A stretch of DNA of 64,000 bases, from contig JBBRTC010000003.1 of assembly GCA_038244765.1 (NCBI GenBank), positions 1,332 to 65,331 on the forward strand. The letters are read 5' to 3'. The notes beneath the pieces are model-generated. The model was not told where the DNA came from. It was given only the letters and a program-made list of their open reading frames with translations, and ran no database searches. This stretch comes from Candidatus Nanopelagicales bacterium. GTDB taxonomy: Bacteria; Actinomycetota; Actinomycetes; S36-B12; JBBRLC01. The position numbers and the translations under genes were made by a program. Below are positions 27,604 through 36,397 of this stretch, piece by piece (position 1 is the stretch's first letter; the number at the start of each line of letters is the position of its first letter).

Positions 27604-28658
27604 AGGTTCTCGTAACCGGAGGCGGCGGGTTCATCGGGTCGCACATCGTCGACGCTCTCGTCGACGAGGGCATCGACACGGTTAGCGTCGACGTCTTCGC
27701 GCCGACGGCGCACCTGCGACCACCCGAGTACTTAAACCCCGCCGCGGATCACCGTCGGGTGTCCATGACCGACCTCGAGTCGCTCATGCGCGCGCTGGAC
27801 GGAGTCGACGCCGTCTGCCACCAGGCGGCCAGGGTCGGGCTCGGCGTGGACTTCGACGACGTCGTGGACTACGTGAACGACAACTCGTCGGGGACGGCGA
27901 CGTTGCTGAAAGCGTTGCACCGGGTTGGTTTTGCCGGTCGTTTCGTCCAGGCGTCGAGCATGGTGGTCTACGGCGAGGGGGCCTACACGTGCGACGAGCA
28001 CGGCGGGGTCGCACCGGCTCCGCGACGCGCAAGGGACCTTGAAGCCGGGGTGTTCGAGCCGACCTGCTCGGCCTGCGGCCGCCCGCTGACCCCTGCCCTT
28101 GTCACAGAGGACGCGATCCTCGACCCGCGCAACGTCTACGCCGCTACGAAGGTCAACCAGGAGCACCTGTCCTGGTGCTTTGCACGCACGAGCGGTGCCG
28201 ATGTCGTCAACCTCCGTTACCACAACGTCTATGGGCCGCGAATGCCGCGCGATACGCCCTACGCAGGCGTGGCGAGCATCGTGCGGAGCGCCCTCGAGGC
28301 GCAGCGCCCGCCACACGTGTTCGAGGACGGCGGCCAGCGTCGTGACTTCGTGCACGTGACCGACGTGGCGCGGGCCAATGTGCTTGCGCTGACGACGAGT
28401 AAGACCGTCGCTGGCGCCTACAACATCGCCTCCGGACGTCCCTGCACGATCGCGGAGATGGCGTCGCTGGTCGCCGAGGGTTTTGGTGCGGGCGCGCCGC
28501 CACCGATCGTTACCGCGGAATACCGCCTCGGTGACGTGCGTCATATCACGGCCTCGCCTGCCCGGGCCCACGAGGTGTTCGGATTTGCCGCGCGAGTGCC
28601 GTTCGAGGTGGGGCTTCGGGCGTTCGCGACCACTCCGATGCGCGAGTCCGTGACCTGA
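27600..28658 (+). CDS. NAD-dependent epimerase/dehydratase (SDR) family protein
   Basis: MKVLVTGGGGFIGSHIVDAL (GxxGxxG) and YAATKVNQE (YxxxK). Confidence 0.85.
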   Translation: MKVLVTGGGGFIGSHIVDALVDEGIDTVSVDVFAPTAHLRPPEYLNPAADHRRVSMTDLESLMRALDGVDAVCHQAARVGLGVDFDDVVDYVNDNSSGTATLLKALHRVGFAGRFVQASSMVVYGEGAYTCDEHGGVAPAPRRARDLEAGVFEPTCSACGRPLTPALVTEDAILDPRNVYAATKVNQEHLSWCFARTSGADVVNLRYHNVYGPRMPRDTPYAGVASIVRSALEAQRPPHVFEDGGQRRDFVHVTDVARANVLALTTSKTVAGAYNIASGRPCTIAEMASLVAEGFGAGAPPPIVTAEYRLGDVRHITASPARAHEVFGFAARVPFEVGLRAFATTPMRESVT

Positions 28659-28684
28659 GGGTCGTCTGGTTGGTTGTTCGGTGC

Positions 28685-29479
28685 TCAGTCCGGCCGGCAG
28701 CCCGAGCACTCGCCTGCGGGCGGAAGGAGCCCGACGGTTGCTCGGAGCAGTTCGCGCATCCGCTGCGTGGACTGCGCGAACGTCGCCAGGACCTCCTGGA
28801 CGCTGACGCCGTCGCCTTCGTGCACGCCCGCGTCCAGATCCGTGACAAGGCCCACTGAGGCGAAACAGATTCTTCGCTCGCGTGCCAGTACGGCCTCGGG
28901 GTGTCCAGTCATGTTGATCAGCGACCAGCCCTGTGCCGCGAAGAACTGCGACTCGGCGCGCGTCGAGAAGCGCGGACCGTCGATGACGACGAGGGTTCCA
29001 CCGTCCCGTGCCGGCCAGTCCTGTAGGCGGGCCGCGGCGAGCACACTGCGTCGCACCGATGCGCAGTAGGGGTCGGCGAACCGAGCATGCTCGGGCACGG
29101 AAGCGAACTCGTCGTGAAAACTTTGAGGGCGGCCTCTGGTCCAGTCGACCAATTGGTCGGGCACCACGAGGTCGCCCGATGTCATCCCTGACTCGAGTCC
29201 GCCGACCGCGTACGGCGCCACGATCTGCCGAACTCCGAGTTGGTCGAGCGCGTCGATGTTCGCACGGTAGTTCACTTGGTGCGGGGGGTACTCGTGGCTC
29301 AGCCCATGGCGCGGGAGGAACGCAACACTTCGTCCGTCGACCTCGGCGATGGTGACGGGCGCCGACGGAGAGCCATAGGCAGTCGGCACCGCCACAGCGC
29401 GTGCGCTGTCGAACAGTTCGTACAGTCCGGATCCACCGATGATCCCGACCTGCGCCTTGGGCTGGGCGGATGGAGCCAT
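28685..29479 (-). CDS. mtnP: S-methyl-5'-thioadenosine phosphorylase
   Basis: VGIIGGSGLYEL..., LPRHG, INMTGHPEAVLARE: typical MTAP/PNP family. Confidence 0.85.
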   Translation of the reverse strand: MAPSAQPKAQVGIIGGSGLYELFDSARAVAVPTAYGSPSAPVTIAEVDGRSVAFLPRHGLSHEYPPHQVNYRANIDALDQLGVRQIVAPYAVGGLESGMTSGDLVVPDQLVDWTRGRPQSFHDEFASVPEHARFADPYCASVRRSVLAAARLQDWPARDGGTLVVIDGPRFSTRAESQFFAAQGWSLINMTGHPEAVLARERRICFASVGLVTDLDAGVHEGDGVSVQEVLATFAQSTQRMRELLRATVGLLPPAGECSGCRPD

Positions 29480-29639
29480 GTCACGTTCACCTCTGTCGTG
29501 GATAGGCGGTCGCGTGTCGTTGCTAGGCGGTCACGGGCGTGCACGATCACGCCTGGAATGCGATCCAAGCATCCCAGGCCCGGATGTCCTCGACGGCCAG
29601 GTCCTCCATGGATGGATCACGAAGAGTTGTGATGCTCCG

Positions 29640-30488
29640 GTGGATGTGAACCTCCAGCCTCGAGCGTACGGTCGAAGGGTGCAGGTCCCTTACTCGTTGT
29701 CGCTGCGCGGGCCCAACCGCCGCCCGCTGATCGCAGCGATCGGCGTCGTGCTCGTGCTCGCAGTCGCTGGCGGCGTCTGGCCGCGCTCCTCGAGCGAGAT
29801 GGCGCCAATCGCCAACCAGACCCGGCTCGGGCCGGTCATTCTGGTGCCCGGGTACGGCGGCGGGACTGACAGCCTCGACAATCTCGCTGTCCGGCTGCGC
29901 AGCGTCGGTCGTACCGCCATCGTGCTTCGACTCGCCGGCGACGGGACCGGCGACCTGCAGGTGGAGGCCATCCTGCTCAAGAGCGCCGCCGATGCGGCGA
30001 TCGCCGGCGGCGCGCCCTCGGTTGACATCGTCGGGTACTCGGCCGGCGGAGTCGTCACGAGGCTCTGGGCCGACGAGCTCGGCGGCGCCGTTCATGCCCG
30101 CCGCATCGTGCTCCTTGGCTCGCCGAACCACGGCACGGATGTCGCCGCGCTGGGAGCGACTCTCGGTGGGTCGCTCTGCCCCGCCGCCTGCCAGCAGTTG
30201 GCACCCGACAGCGATCTGCTGGGTAGGTTGAACGGCGACGACGAGACGCCGGCCGGCCCTCAGTGGGTCAGTATCTGGACACGCCAGGACCAGGTGGTGA
30301 CCCCACCGGACTCCGCCAGGCTCAACGGCGCGGTCAACATCGTCGTCCAGGACGTGTGCCACGGTGTTTCAGTGGACCACAGTTCGCTGCCTACCGATCC
30401 GGCCATGCAGGGCCTCGTTCTGCGTGCCCTCGGCGTGCCGCTCATGATCGTCCCGCCTCCTGCCGACTGTGCCGCCCTGACGTCCTGA
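29640..30488 (+). CDS. Secreted alpha/beta hydrolase, lipase family (start approximate)
   Basis: TM/signal segment (LIAAIGVVLVLAVAGG), PVILVPGYGGG, nucleophile elbow GYSAGG. The longest ORF start at 29439 would overlap divergent mtnP, so GTG 29640/29646 is preferred. Confidence 0.7.
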   Translation: MDVNLQPRAYGRRVQVPYSLSLRGPNRRPLIAAIGVVLVLAVAGGVWPRSSSEMAPIANQTRLGPVILVPGYGGGTDSLDNLAVRLRSVGRTAIVLRLAGDGTGDLQVEAILLKSAADAAIAGGAPSVDIVGYSAGGVVTRLWADELGGAVHARRIVLLGSPNHGTDVAALGATLGGSLCPAACQQLAPDSDLLGRLNGDDETPAGPQWVSIWTRQDQVVTPPDSARLNGAVNIVVQDVCHGVSVDHSSLPTDPAMQGLVLRALGVPLMIVPPPADCAALTS

Positions 30489-30598
30489 TCTCGGCGCAGG
30501 GCACGGACTCGCCCCGCTCGACTCGAGTCTCACGGTGGTGATCCGTCCACTGGGCTGGCTGGCGCCCGCCAGTTGATGAGTTGGCCTGTTGGGCCTCA

Positions 30599-31405
30599 CT
30601 AACTCGTGATGTCTTTGGTCATGAAGTTGGCCCAGGCAGCGCCGATCAGGACCAGCACATACACCCCTTGGACGAGCGTGCCGCGCTCGATGTCGCTCCA
30701 GAGGATCGGGTCACGGAAGAGGTCCACCCACGCCAGCCAGTACCGCGTCGGCAGGTACGGCTTCACGGCGTTGGCTGCGTCGAGGGTGACGAGCACCTCG
30801 CTGAGCACCAGCGCCGCAAGCGCACCGATCGCGGCGCCGAGCGACGAGTCTGTGATGGTCGACAGCAGTAGCGCGATCGACGCGACACCGACCATCGACC
30901 AGGCGATGTAGAACACGACCACGGCAGTGCGTTGGACCACCTGAGCCGTGGTTAGTGGTTGGCCCGATAGCGACGTGGCCAGCGGCTGCGACCCGAAGAG
31001 CGAGATCCCGATGGCGTACGCCGTGACAGCCACCGCACTGACCGAGATGAACAGGAATACCAGCACCGCGACCAGCTTGGCCACAAGCAGCCGGGTCCGC
31101 CCCACCGGCCGGACGAGCAGGTAGCGCAGTGTCCCGGTCGCCGCTTCGCCGGCGATGGAGTCGCCGGCGATGACCGCGACGGCAACGGGCAAGAACAGCG
31201 GCAGCACGATCCCGAGTGCAGCCGCAGGGAACAGCGATCCGTTTGCAAGCACGGCCGACAGAAAGGCTGGTCCCTCACCGGGACGCGGACCCAGCTGGGT
31301 GACCCGCAGCAGCACAGCGACGATGGCCGGAAGCAGGCACAGCAGCAGGATCGAGATCCAGGTACGAGGCCGACGCATGAGTTTGCTGATCTCGACTCGG
31401 ATCAT
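30599..31405 (-). CDS. ABC-2 type transporter permease
   Basis: Six-helix hydrophobic profile. 4-nt overlap with the upstream ATPase. Confidence 0.75.
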   Translation of the reverse strand: MIRVEISKLMRRPRTWISILLLCLLPAIVAVLLRVTQLGPRPGEGPAFLSAVLANGSLFPAAALGIVLPLFLPVAVAVIAGDSIAGEAATGTLRYLLVRPVGRTRLLVAKLVAVLVFLFISVSAVAVTAYAIGISLFGSQPLATSLSGQPLTTAQVVQRTAVVVFYIAWSMVGVASIALLLSTITDSSLGAAIGALAALVLSEVLVTLDAANAVKPYLPTRYWLAWVDLFRDPILWSDIERGTLVQGVYVLVLIGAAWANFMTKDITS

Positions 31406-32331
31406 CGGGCTTCGCCCACCGCACGCACCGAGTCGACCCGATCGTTGCCGGCGCCGGTGATGGAGAGCACGACCTCCTCCAGCGTCGGACGCTCGGCCAC
31501 CACTTCCTGGACCCGCAGACCGTGGCGGACGAGCAGCTCGATCAGGTTCTCAGCCGCGAGCCCGCGGACCACGATCCGGGTTCCATCGCGCTCCTCGACC
31601 CGGCCGTCGAGCAGCGTGACCGCCGCGGCGGGATCGCTGGTGCGCACAATCACGCGCCCTGTAGGCGCCCGCAGTGTGGACAACTCGTCCTGTAGAACGA
31701 GCCGGCCGCGGTCGAGGACGCCGACTCGCGTGCACAGCTGCTCGACCTCGGCGAGCAGGTGACTGGAGACGAACAGCGTGGTGCCCTCGGCATTCATCGC
31801 GAGCAGGAGGTCGCGGATTTCTCGGATGCCTTGCGGGTCGAGGCCGTTGGTCGGCTCGTCGAGGACGAGAAGCGGCGGGCGGCGCAGCCAGGCGCTGGCC
31901 AGCCCGAGCCGCTGCCGCATCCCCAACGAGTACGCCTTGGTGGGCTTGCGCCCGGCGCTGGCCAGGCCGACCTGCTCGAGCGCGGCGTCGACACGCCCCT
32001 TCCGGGTCGAGCGAGACGTGCCCCTGCCGGAGGCGTCCATCAACATGAGGTTCGCCCTCCCGGATAAGTGCGGGTACGCGGCGGGACCCTCGATCAGCGC
32101 ACCGATGTGAGGCAGGGCCGCCGTGAGTCCTCCGGGAACGACCGCGCCCAGCACCTCGGCCGAACCGCTCGTCGCGAAGATGAGCCCGAGTAGCAGCCGG
32201 ACGGTCGTGGTCTTGCCTGAACCGTTGGGCCCGAGGAAGCCATAGCGGTCACCGGCTCGTACGTCGATGTCGATGTGGTCCACCGCGAGTACCGAGCCGA
32301 ACTTCTTGGTGAGCCCGTGGGTGACGATCAC
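31402..32331 (-). CDS. ABC transporter ATP-binding protein
   Basis: Walker A GPNGSGKTT, signature YSLGMRQRL, Walker B LLVLDEPTNGLD. Confidence 0.9.
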   Translation of the reverse strand: MIVTHGLTKKFGSVLAVDHIDIDVRAGDRYGFLGPNGSGKTTTVRLLLGLIFATSGSAEVLGAVVPGGLTAALPHIGALIEGPAAYPHLSGRANLMLMDASGRGTSRSTRKGRVDAALEQVGLASAGRKPTKAYSLGMRQRLGLASAWLRRPPLLVLDEPTNGLDPQGIREIRDLLLAMNAEGTTLFVSSHLLAEVEQLCTRVGVLDRGRLVLQDELSTLRAPTGRVIVRTSDPAAAVTLLDGRVEERDGTRIVVRGLAAENLIELLVRHGLRVQEVVAERPTLEEVVLSITGAGNDRVDSVRAVGEAR

Positions 32332-33455
32332 TGCTGGGCTGCTAGCAGCGCCGCGACAGCCTGCGTCAGCGCGGCGGGCTGTACCGTCCCGGCGACGATG
32401 TATCCCTGTCCGTTTCCGAAGACGACGGCGAGCGAGAGCAACGACGTGGTCAGCAAGGTGCCGGTGCCGCCGGGCACGGTGAACGAGGTTCCCTTGCCTG
32501 TGGTGTCCTCTGAAAGATACCCGGCGAGACGGTCGGGCAGTGGCACGACGAAAACGCGGGTCAGCCCGGAACCGTACGCCGCGACACTGTGCAGCCCCGC
32601 TGCCGCGCTCCCGGTGATGCGCGCGAGCGTGCCCAGGGAGTTGGGCAGTGGCACGCTCCCGAACGAGTTGAGGCGAGCCAGCAAGTCGGGCTCGATGGTG
32701 GAGTCCTGGTCGGCCGTGGTCACCAGTGCCGGGCTTAGCACCGAAGGCGAGGGCCGGACCAGGTCGAGGTCGAGGAACCGCGTACTGATCGACGGACGTT
32801 CGGCACCGCGGGCGTAGACGTCGACCTCCAGCGGCAGGCCGGTCTGCGGCTCCACCCAGAGGTCCACCCGACCCACGGTGGTGCGCGGGTCACTGGGCAC
32901 GATCTCGGCGCCGGCACCGTTGTACCCCGCGATCCGACGCGCGTCCAACGCCAGGATGCGGTCGTTGGGATTGAGCCAACTGAGGAGGCGGCGGGCGGCC
33001 TGCGGCGGCACGAGGTCGTCGGCACGCGGGAGCCGAATGCTGGGGGTGGAGGGCACCTCGGTCTCGGTGTTGTTCTCGAAGCTCCACTGTCGTACGCCAC
33101 CACCGGGGGTGGCCGGGTCCGCGAAGGTGATCTCCTCGCCAGTCCCGGTGAGCGTGTCCGTTCGCCACGAGTCCTGAGTCGCCCACCAGGTACGGACACG
33201 AGTCGTCCCGGAGAGGATCTTGGTCTCGTCGCTCACGATCGGCAGGTCGGGGATCCCGAGTGACGCGTCGATCTCGACTAGGCCTTGGTGCGGGACGTCG
33301 GCGGACCTCGTGGCTGCCGCCACGACGTCACCCGCCGACAGCATCGACGCGGCCACGGGGCGGGCGGCCAGCAGGACTGGCGTCGCGACCAGCACGCCGG
33401 TTGCCGCGGCGAACGAGGCCCACCGTCGCGCAGCCTGCCGACGGACGATGCTCAT
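32328..33455 (-). CDS. Secreted/anchored hypothetical protein, LolA/RseB-like (tentative)
   Basis: N-terminal signal/anchor (WASFAAATGVLVATPVLLAA). 4-nt overlap with the ABC ATPase. The LolA-like call rests on general resemblance and context only. Confidence 0.4.
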   Translation of the reverse strand: MSIVRRQAARRWASFAAATGVLVATPVLLAARPVAASMLSAGDVVAAATRSADVPHQGLVEIDASLGIPDLPIVSDETKILSGTTRVRTWWATQDSWRTDTLTGTGEEITFADPATPGGGVRQWSFENNTETEVPSTPSIRLPRADDLVPPQAARRLLSWLNPNDRILALDARRIAGYNGAGAEIVPSDPRTTVGRVDLWVEPQTGLPLEVDVYARGAERPSISTRFLDLDLVRPSPSVLSPALVTTADQDSTIEPDLLARLNSFGSVPLPNSLGTLARITGSAAAGLHSVAAYGSGLTRVFVVPLPDRLAGYLSEDTTGKGTSFTVPGGTGTLLTTSLLSLAVVFGNGQGYIVAGTVQPAALTQAVAALLAAQQ

Positions 33456-33768
33456 GATTCACCGTACATGCCGCTTGCACGAGGAAGTGCTCCCTCGACG
33501 GGTCCGCGGCTGGACCGGGGTGCGCTGCGCTCGCGGACAATTCGCGCTTGTCCGGGGCGGGTCGTGTTCTCGGGACGGACATCAGTTGGGCTGCAGGTCG
33601 GTTGCGACGGTTTGATGCTGGGCGATGATCTACCACCCCCTGACGACGTCAAGGGACGTGTCGGAAGCCTTGAAGTCGCGAGCGTCTTCCTCGGCAACCT
33701 CGATCACGATGCGGTGACTGCTGGGTTAGACCGGTCGCGGCACAGGGAGTCCCGGGTAAGACTGGGGT

Positions 33769-35157
33769 GTGCGCACCGCTGTGATCATGGTGGCCTCGAT
33801 GGCACTTGCTGCCTGCTCGAGCACGGCCGCCCTCCCGACAACGACCCCGACCGTGCCCGGCCGCGCCGGCACGGTCACGACCACGACTGCTGCGCCGAGC
33901 GCGGGCACGAGCACCGATTGGCCGACCTATCACGGAGACCTGCGGCGTACGGGAGTCTCGGCGTCGATGCCGCTTGCTGTGGGCGCCCTCACCGTGGTCG
34001 CGACCCTCGATCTGGGTGCCGCCGTATACGCATCGCCGATCGTCGTTAACGCGACAACGATCGTCGCCACCGAGCGCAACATGGTCGTCGGTCTCGACAG
34101 CACAGGTCGTGAGCGGTGGCAGGTGTCACTCGGGTCGCCGGCATCCCTCTCCGAGCTGCCCTGTGGCAACATCGATCCGCTCGGCGTCACAGGCACGCCC
34201 GTCTACGACGCGGGCACGAAGCTTGTCTACCTCGTCGCGGAGCACGGTGGTCCGCCGAGCCACGAGCTGGTCGCCCTCAGCGCGATCGACGGCACCGTCG
34301 CCTGGCGCACCAGCCTCGACCTCCCTGGCGTCGACCCCGCAGCTATGCAGCAGCGCGGTGCGCTGTCGCTCACGGGCGGGAGGGTGTGGGTCCCGTTTGG
34401 TGGTCTGGCTGGCGACTGCGGCGACTACAAGGGCAGACTCGTCGGCGTACCGCTCGCGGGAGAGCACACGCCGATCGCCTACACCGTGCCTACGAAGCGC
34501 GAGGCAGGCATCTGGACAGCCCCTGGACCGACGGTCGACGGCGCGGGCCACCTGCTCGTCTCCGTCGGCAACGGAGCCTCAGGCCCCGGCGACCCCTACG
34601 ACTCGAGCGACTCGGTGCTCGAGTTCGAGGGGACAACGCTGGTCGACTCCTTCGCACCGTCGTCGTGGGCTGCTGACAACGCCGCCGACCTCGACCTCGG
34701 GTCTCAAGGCCCCGCACTCGTCGGTGACAACTGGGTCTTCATCGCGGGCAAGTCGGGTACCGCCTACCTCCTGCGCCAGGGGCGGCTCGGTGGAATCGGC
34801 GGCGAGGTGTCTCAAACCGAGGTGTGCACCTCATTCGGCGGCACCGCCGTGGTCGACGACGTGGTCTATGTCCCCTGCAGCGACGGTGTGCGCGCGGTGC
34901 GCATATCCCCTGCGGGCACGATGAGCGTGGTATGGGCCGCGGACCCGGCGGTCTCAGGGTCACCGGTTGTCGGCGGTGGTCGCGTCTGGTCGCTCGACCC
35001 TGGGGCGGGCGTGCTGCACTCACTCGACCCCCAGAACGGAGCGTCGCTCGCGCAGGTGACCGTCGGCGTCACCTCGCGGTTCGCGACGCCCGCGATCTCC
35101 GGCACTCAACTGTTGGTGCCGACCATGACCGGACTCACGATCGTGCGAACGTCGTGA
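33769..35157 (+). CDS. PQQ-like (BamB-type) beta-propeller repeat lipoprotein
   Basis: Lipobox MALAACSS, Thr/Pro-rich linker, and repeated A.P.V.....V......L.ALD..TG...W units. Confidence 0.7.
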   Translation: MRTAVIMVASMALAACSSTAALPTTTPTVPGRAGTVTTTTAAPSAGTSTDWPTYHGDLRRTGVSASMPLAVGALTVVATLDLGAAVYASPIVVNATTIVATERNMVVGLDSTGRERWQVSLGSPASLSELPCGNIDPLGVTGTPVYDAGTKLVYLVAEHGGPPSHELVALSAIDGTVAWRTSLDLPGVDPAAMQQRGALSLTGGRVWVPFGGLAGDCGDYKGRLVGVPLAGEHTPIAYTVPTKREAGIWTAPGPTVDGAGHLLVSVGNGASGPGDPYDSSDSVLEFEGTTLVDSFAPSSWAADNAADLDLGSQGPALVGDNWVFIAGKSGTAYLLRQGRLGGIGGEVSQTEVCTSFGGTAVVDDVVYVPCSDGVRAVRISPAGTMSVVWAADPAVSGSPVVGGGRVWSLDPGAGVLHSLDPQNGASLAQVTVGVTSRFATPAISGTQLLVPTMTGLTIVRTS

Positions 35158-35285
35158 TCCTGGCAGCACTGCGGTCTCGGAGGCGTTGTACCCAGCAGGT
35201 GTCAATGCCGGTGGCAGCTACGAATTGGGTTGAAATGAACTTCCTTGCAAACACTGCTTCCGCAGAATGCCGCGCCCCGAGCCCC

Positions 35286-35349
35286 AAGTTGATCATGGAC
35301 TTTTGCCCGGCATTTCTCGGAAAGCGGTGCATTTCTCCATGATCAACTC
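35286..35349. repeat. Palindromic intergenic element, copy 2
   Basis: AAGTTGATCATGGA-N36-TCCATGATCAACT: perfect 13-nt terminal inverted repeat. The right arm overlaps the stop codon of the YihY-like gene. Confidence 0.8.
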
Positions 35350-36386
35350 TCCCGTGTGCTGGGGAGTGGCGGTTTAGCGGAACTGTCGCGGAGGATGACC
35401 AGGGCGTCGCCACCGATGGACTCCAATTCCGTACGCCCAAGCCAGATCACGTTTGCGGCCGCACCCACGAGTACGGCGAGCGAACTCACGTATGCCCACA
35501 GCAAGATCGCGATCGGTGCAGCGATCGCGGTGTAGATCGATCCGTCGCGGAACAGGTATGAGAAATACACACGCAACCCGATCGAGCCCAGCAACAGCCC
35601 AGCGACCGACACCGCCGTCCCCGGAATCGTGTCCCGCCAGCGCAGCGAGGGGGACGGAGAAACGCGATAGAGCGTGCTCAGCACGCCAACGATCAACCCT
35701 CCCACCACGACCAGATATCCAAGGAAACTCAACCACGAAGCCCACGGGAACCAGTGCGACACCAGGTCGGGGCCAATCAACAGCAGTGGGATGGCAATTG
35801 CGATAACGAGGAGGAGCGCCCCGTAGACGATGACCGCCAAAATGCGCGAACGGGTGTACGACCGCTCCGCGCTGCCATGAATCGACGCGATGGACTGGAC
35901 AGTTGTTGCGAGCAAACGAGATCCGCCATAAATCGCAACCGCAAATCCCAGCAGACCCAGCGAGGCGTTTCCGCCGGAAACGATCTCGTTCCGAATAGGA
36001 ATGACGTAGTCGTTGACAACTTGCGGAGTGACAAACCTCGACAGAGTCGCCACCACCTGCTTTTCGAGGTCGTCGAGATCTGATTGAGGGACGAACCGAG
36101 CCACAAACGCACTCGTCGACACGGCTCCCATCACGATCCAAGGCATCGAGAAGACCCCCCAGAAGGAGATCTCGGCAGCCCGTCCATTGAGGCGGACGCG
36201 CTTTTGCAGGCGCGAGCCGACCACGAGGACCCCGCAACCAACACGTAAGCGACGACCGCGCCCGGCAGGAAGTTGTTCCACCCAGCCACCGAAACGGCCG
36301 GTACCGCGTCGCAACCACGACTGCGCGTGGGCTCGCGTACGCCCTGTCACTGACACAGCCGCAACGCTATCCGGGGGGCCTGGCAA
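35343..36386 (-). CDS. YihY/BrkB family membrane protein (start uncertain)
   Basis: RLNGRAAEISFWGVFSMPWIVMG... and multiple TM helices typical of the YihY (formerly RNase BN) family. Confidence 0.7.
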   Translation of the reverse strand: MPGPPDSVAAVSVTGRTRAHAQSWLRRGTGRFGGWVEQLPAGRGRRLRVGCGVLVVGSRLQKRVRLNGRAAEISFWGVFSMPWIVMGAVSTSAFVARFVPQSDLDDLEKQVVATLSRFVTPQVVNDYVIPIRNEIVSGGNASLGLLGFAVAIYGGSRLLATTVQSIASIHGSAERSYTRSRILAVIVYGALLLVIAIAIPLLLIGPDLVSHWFPWASWLSFLGYLVVVGGLIVGVLSTLYRVSPSPSLRWRDTIPGTAVSVAGLLLGSIGLRVYFSYLFRDGSIYTAIAAPIAILLWAYVSSLAVLVGAAANVIWLGRTELESIGGDALVILRDSSAKPPLPSTRES

Positions 36387-36397
36387 ACGTGTCGCGA

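Noticed and set aside
33456-33768. 313-nt spacer between the LolA-like gene and the propeller gene, examined for a missing small gene (for example a sigma/anti-sigma remnant) or a riboswitch.
   Set aside because: Only frames belonging to long spurious ORFs cross it. There is no start/RBS combination, and apart from a 6-bp hairpin (GGACAA...TTGTCC) I could recognise no conserved RNA motif.
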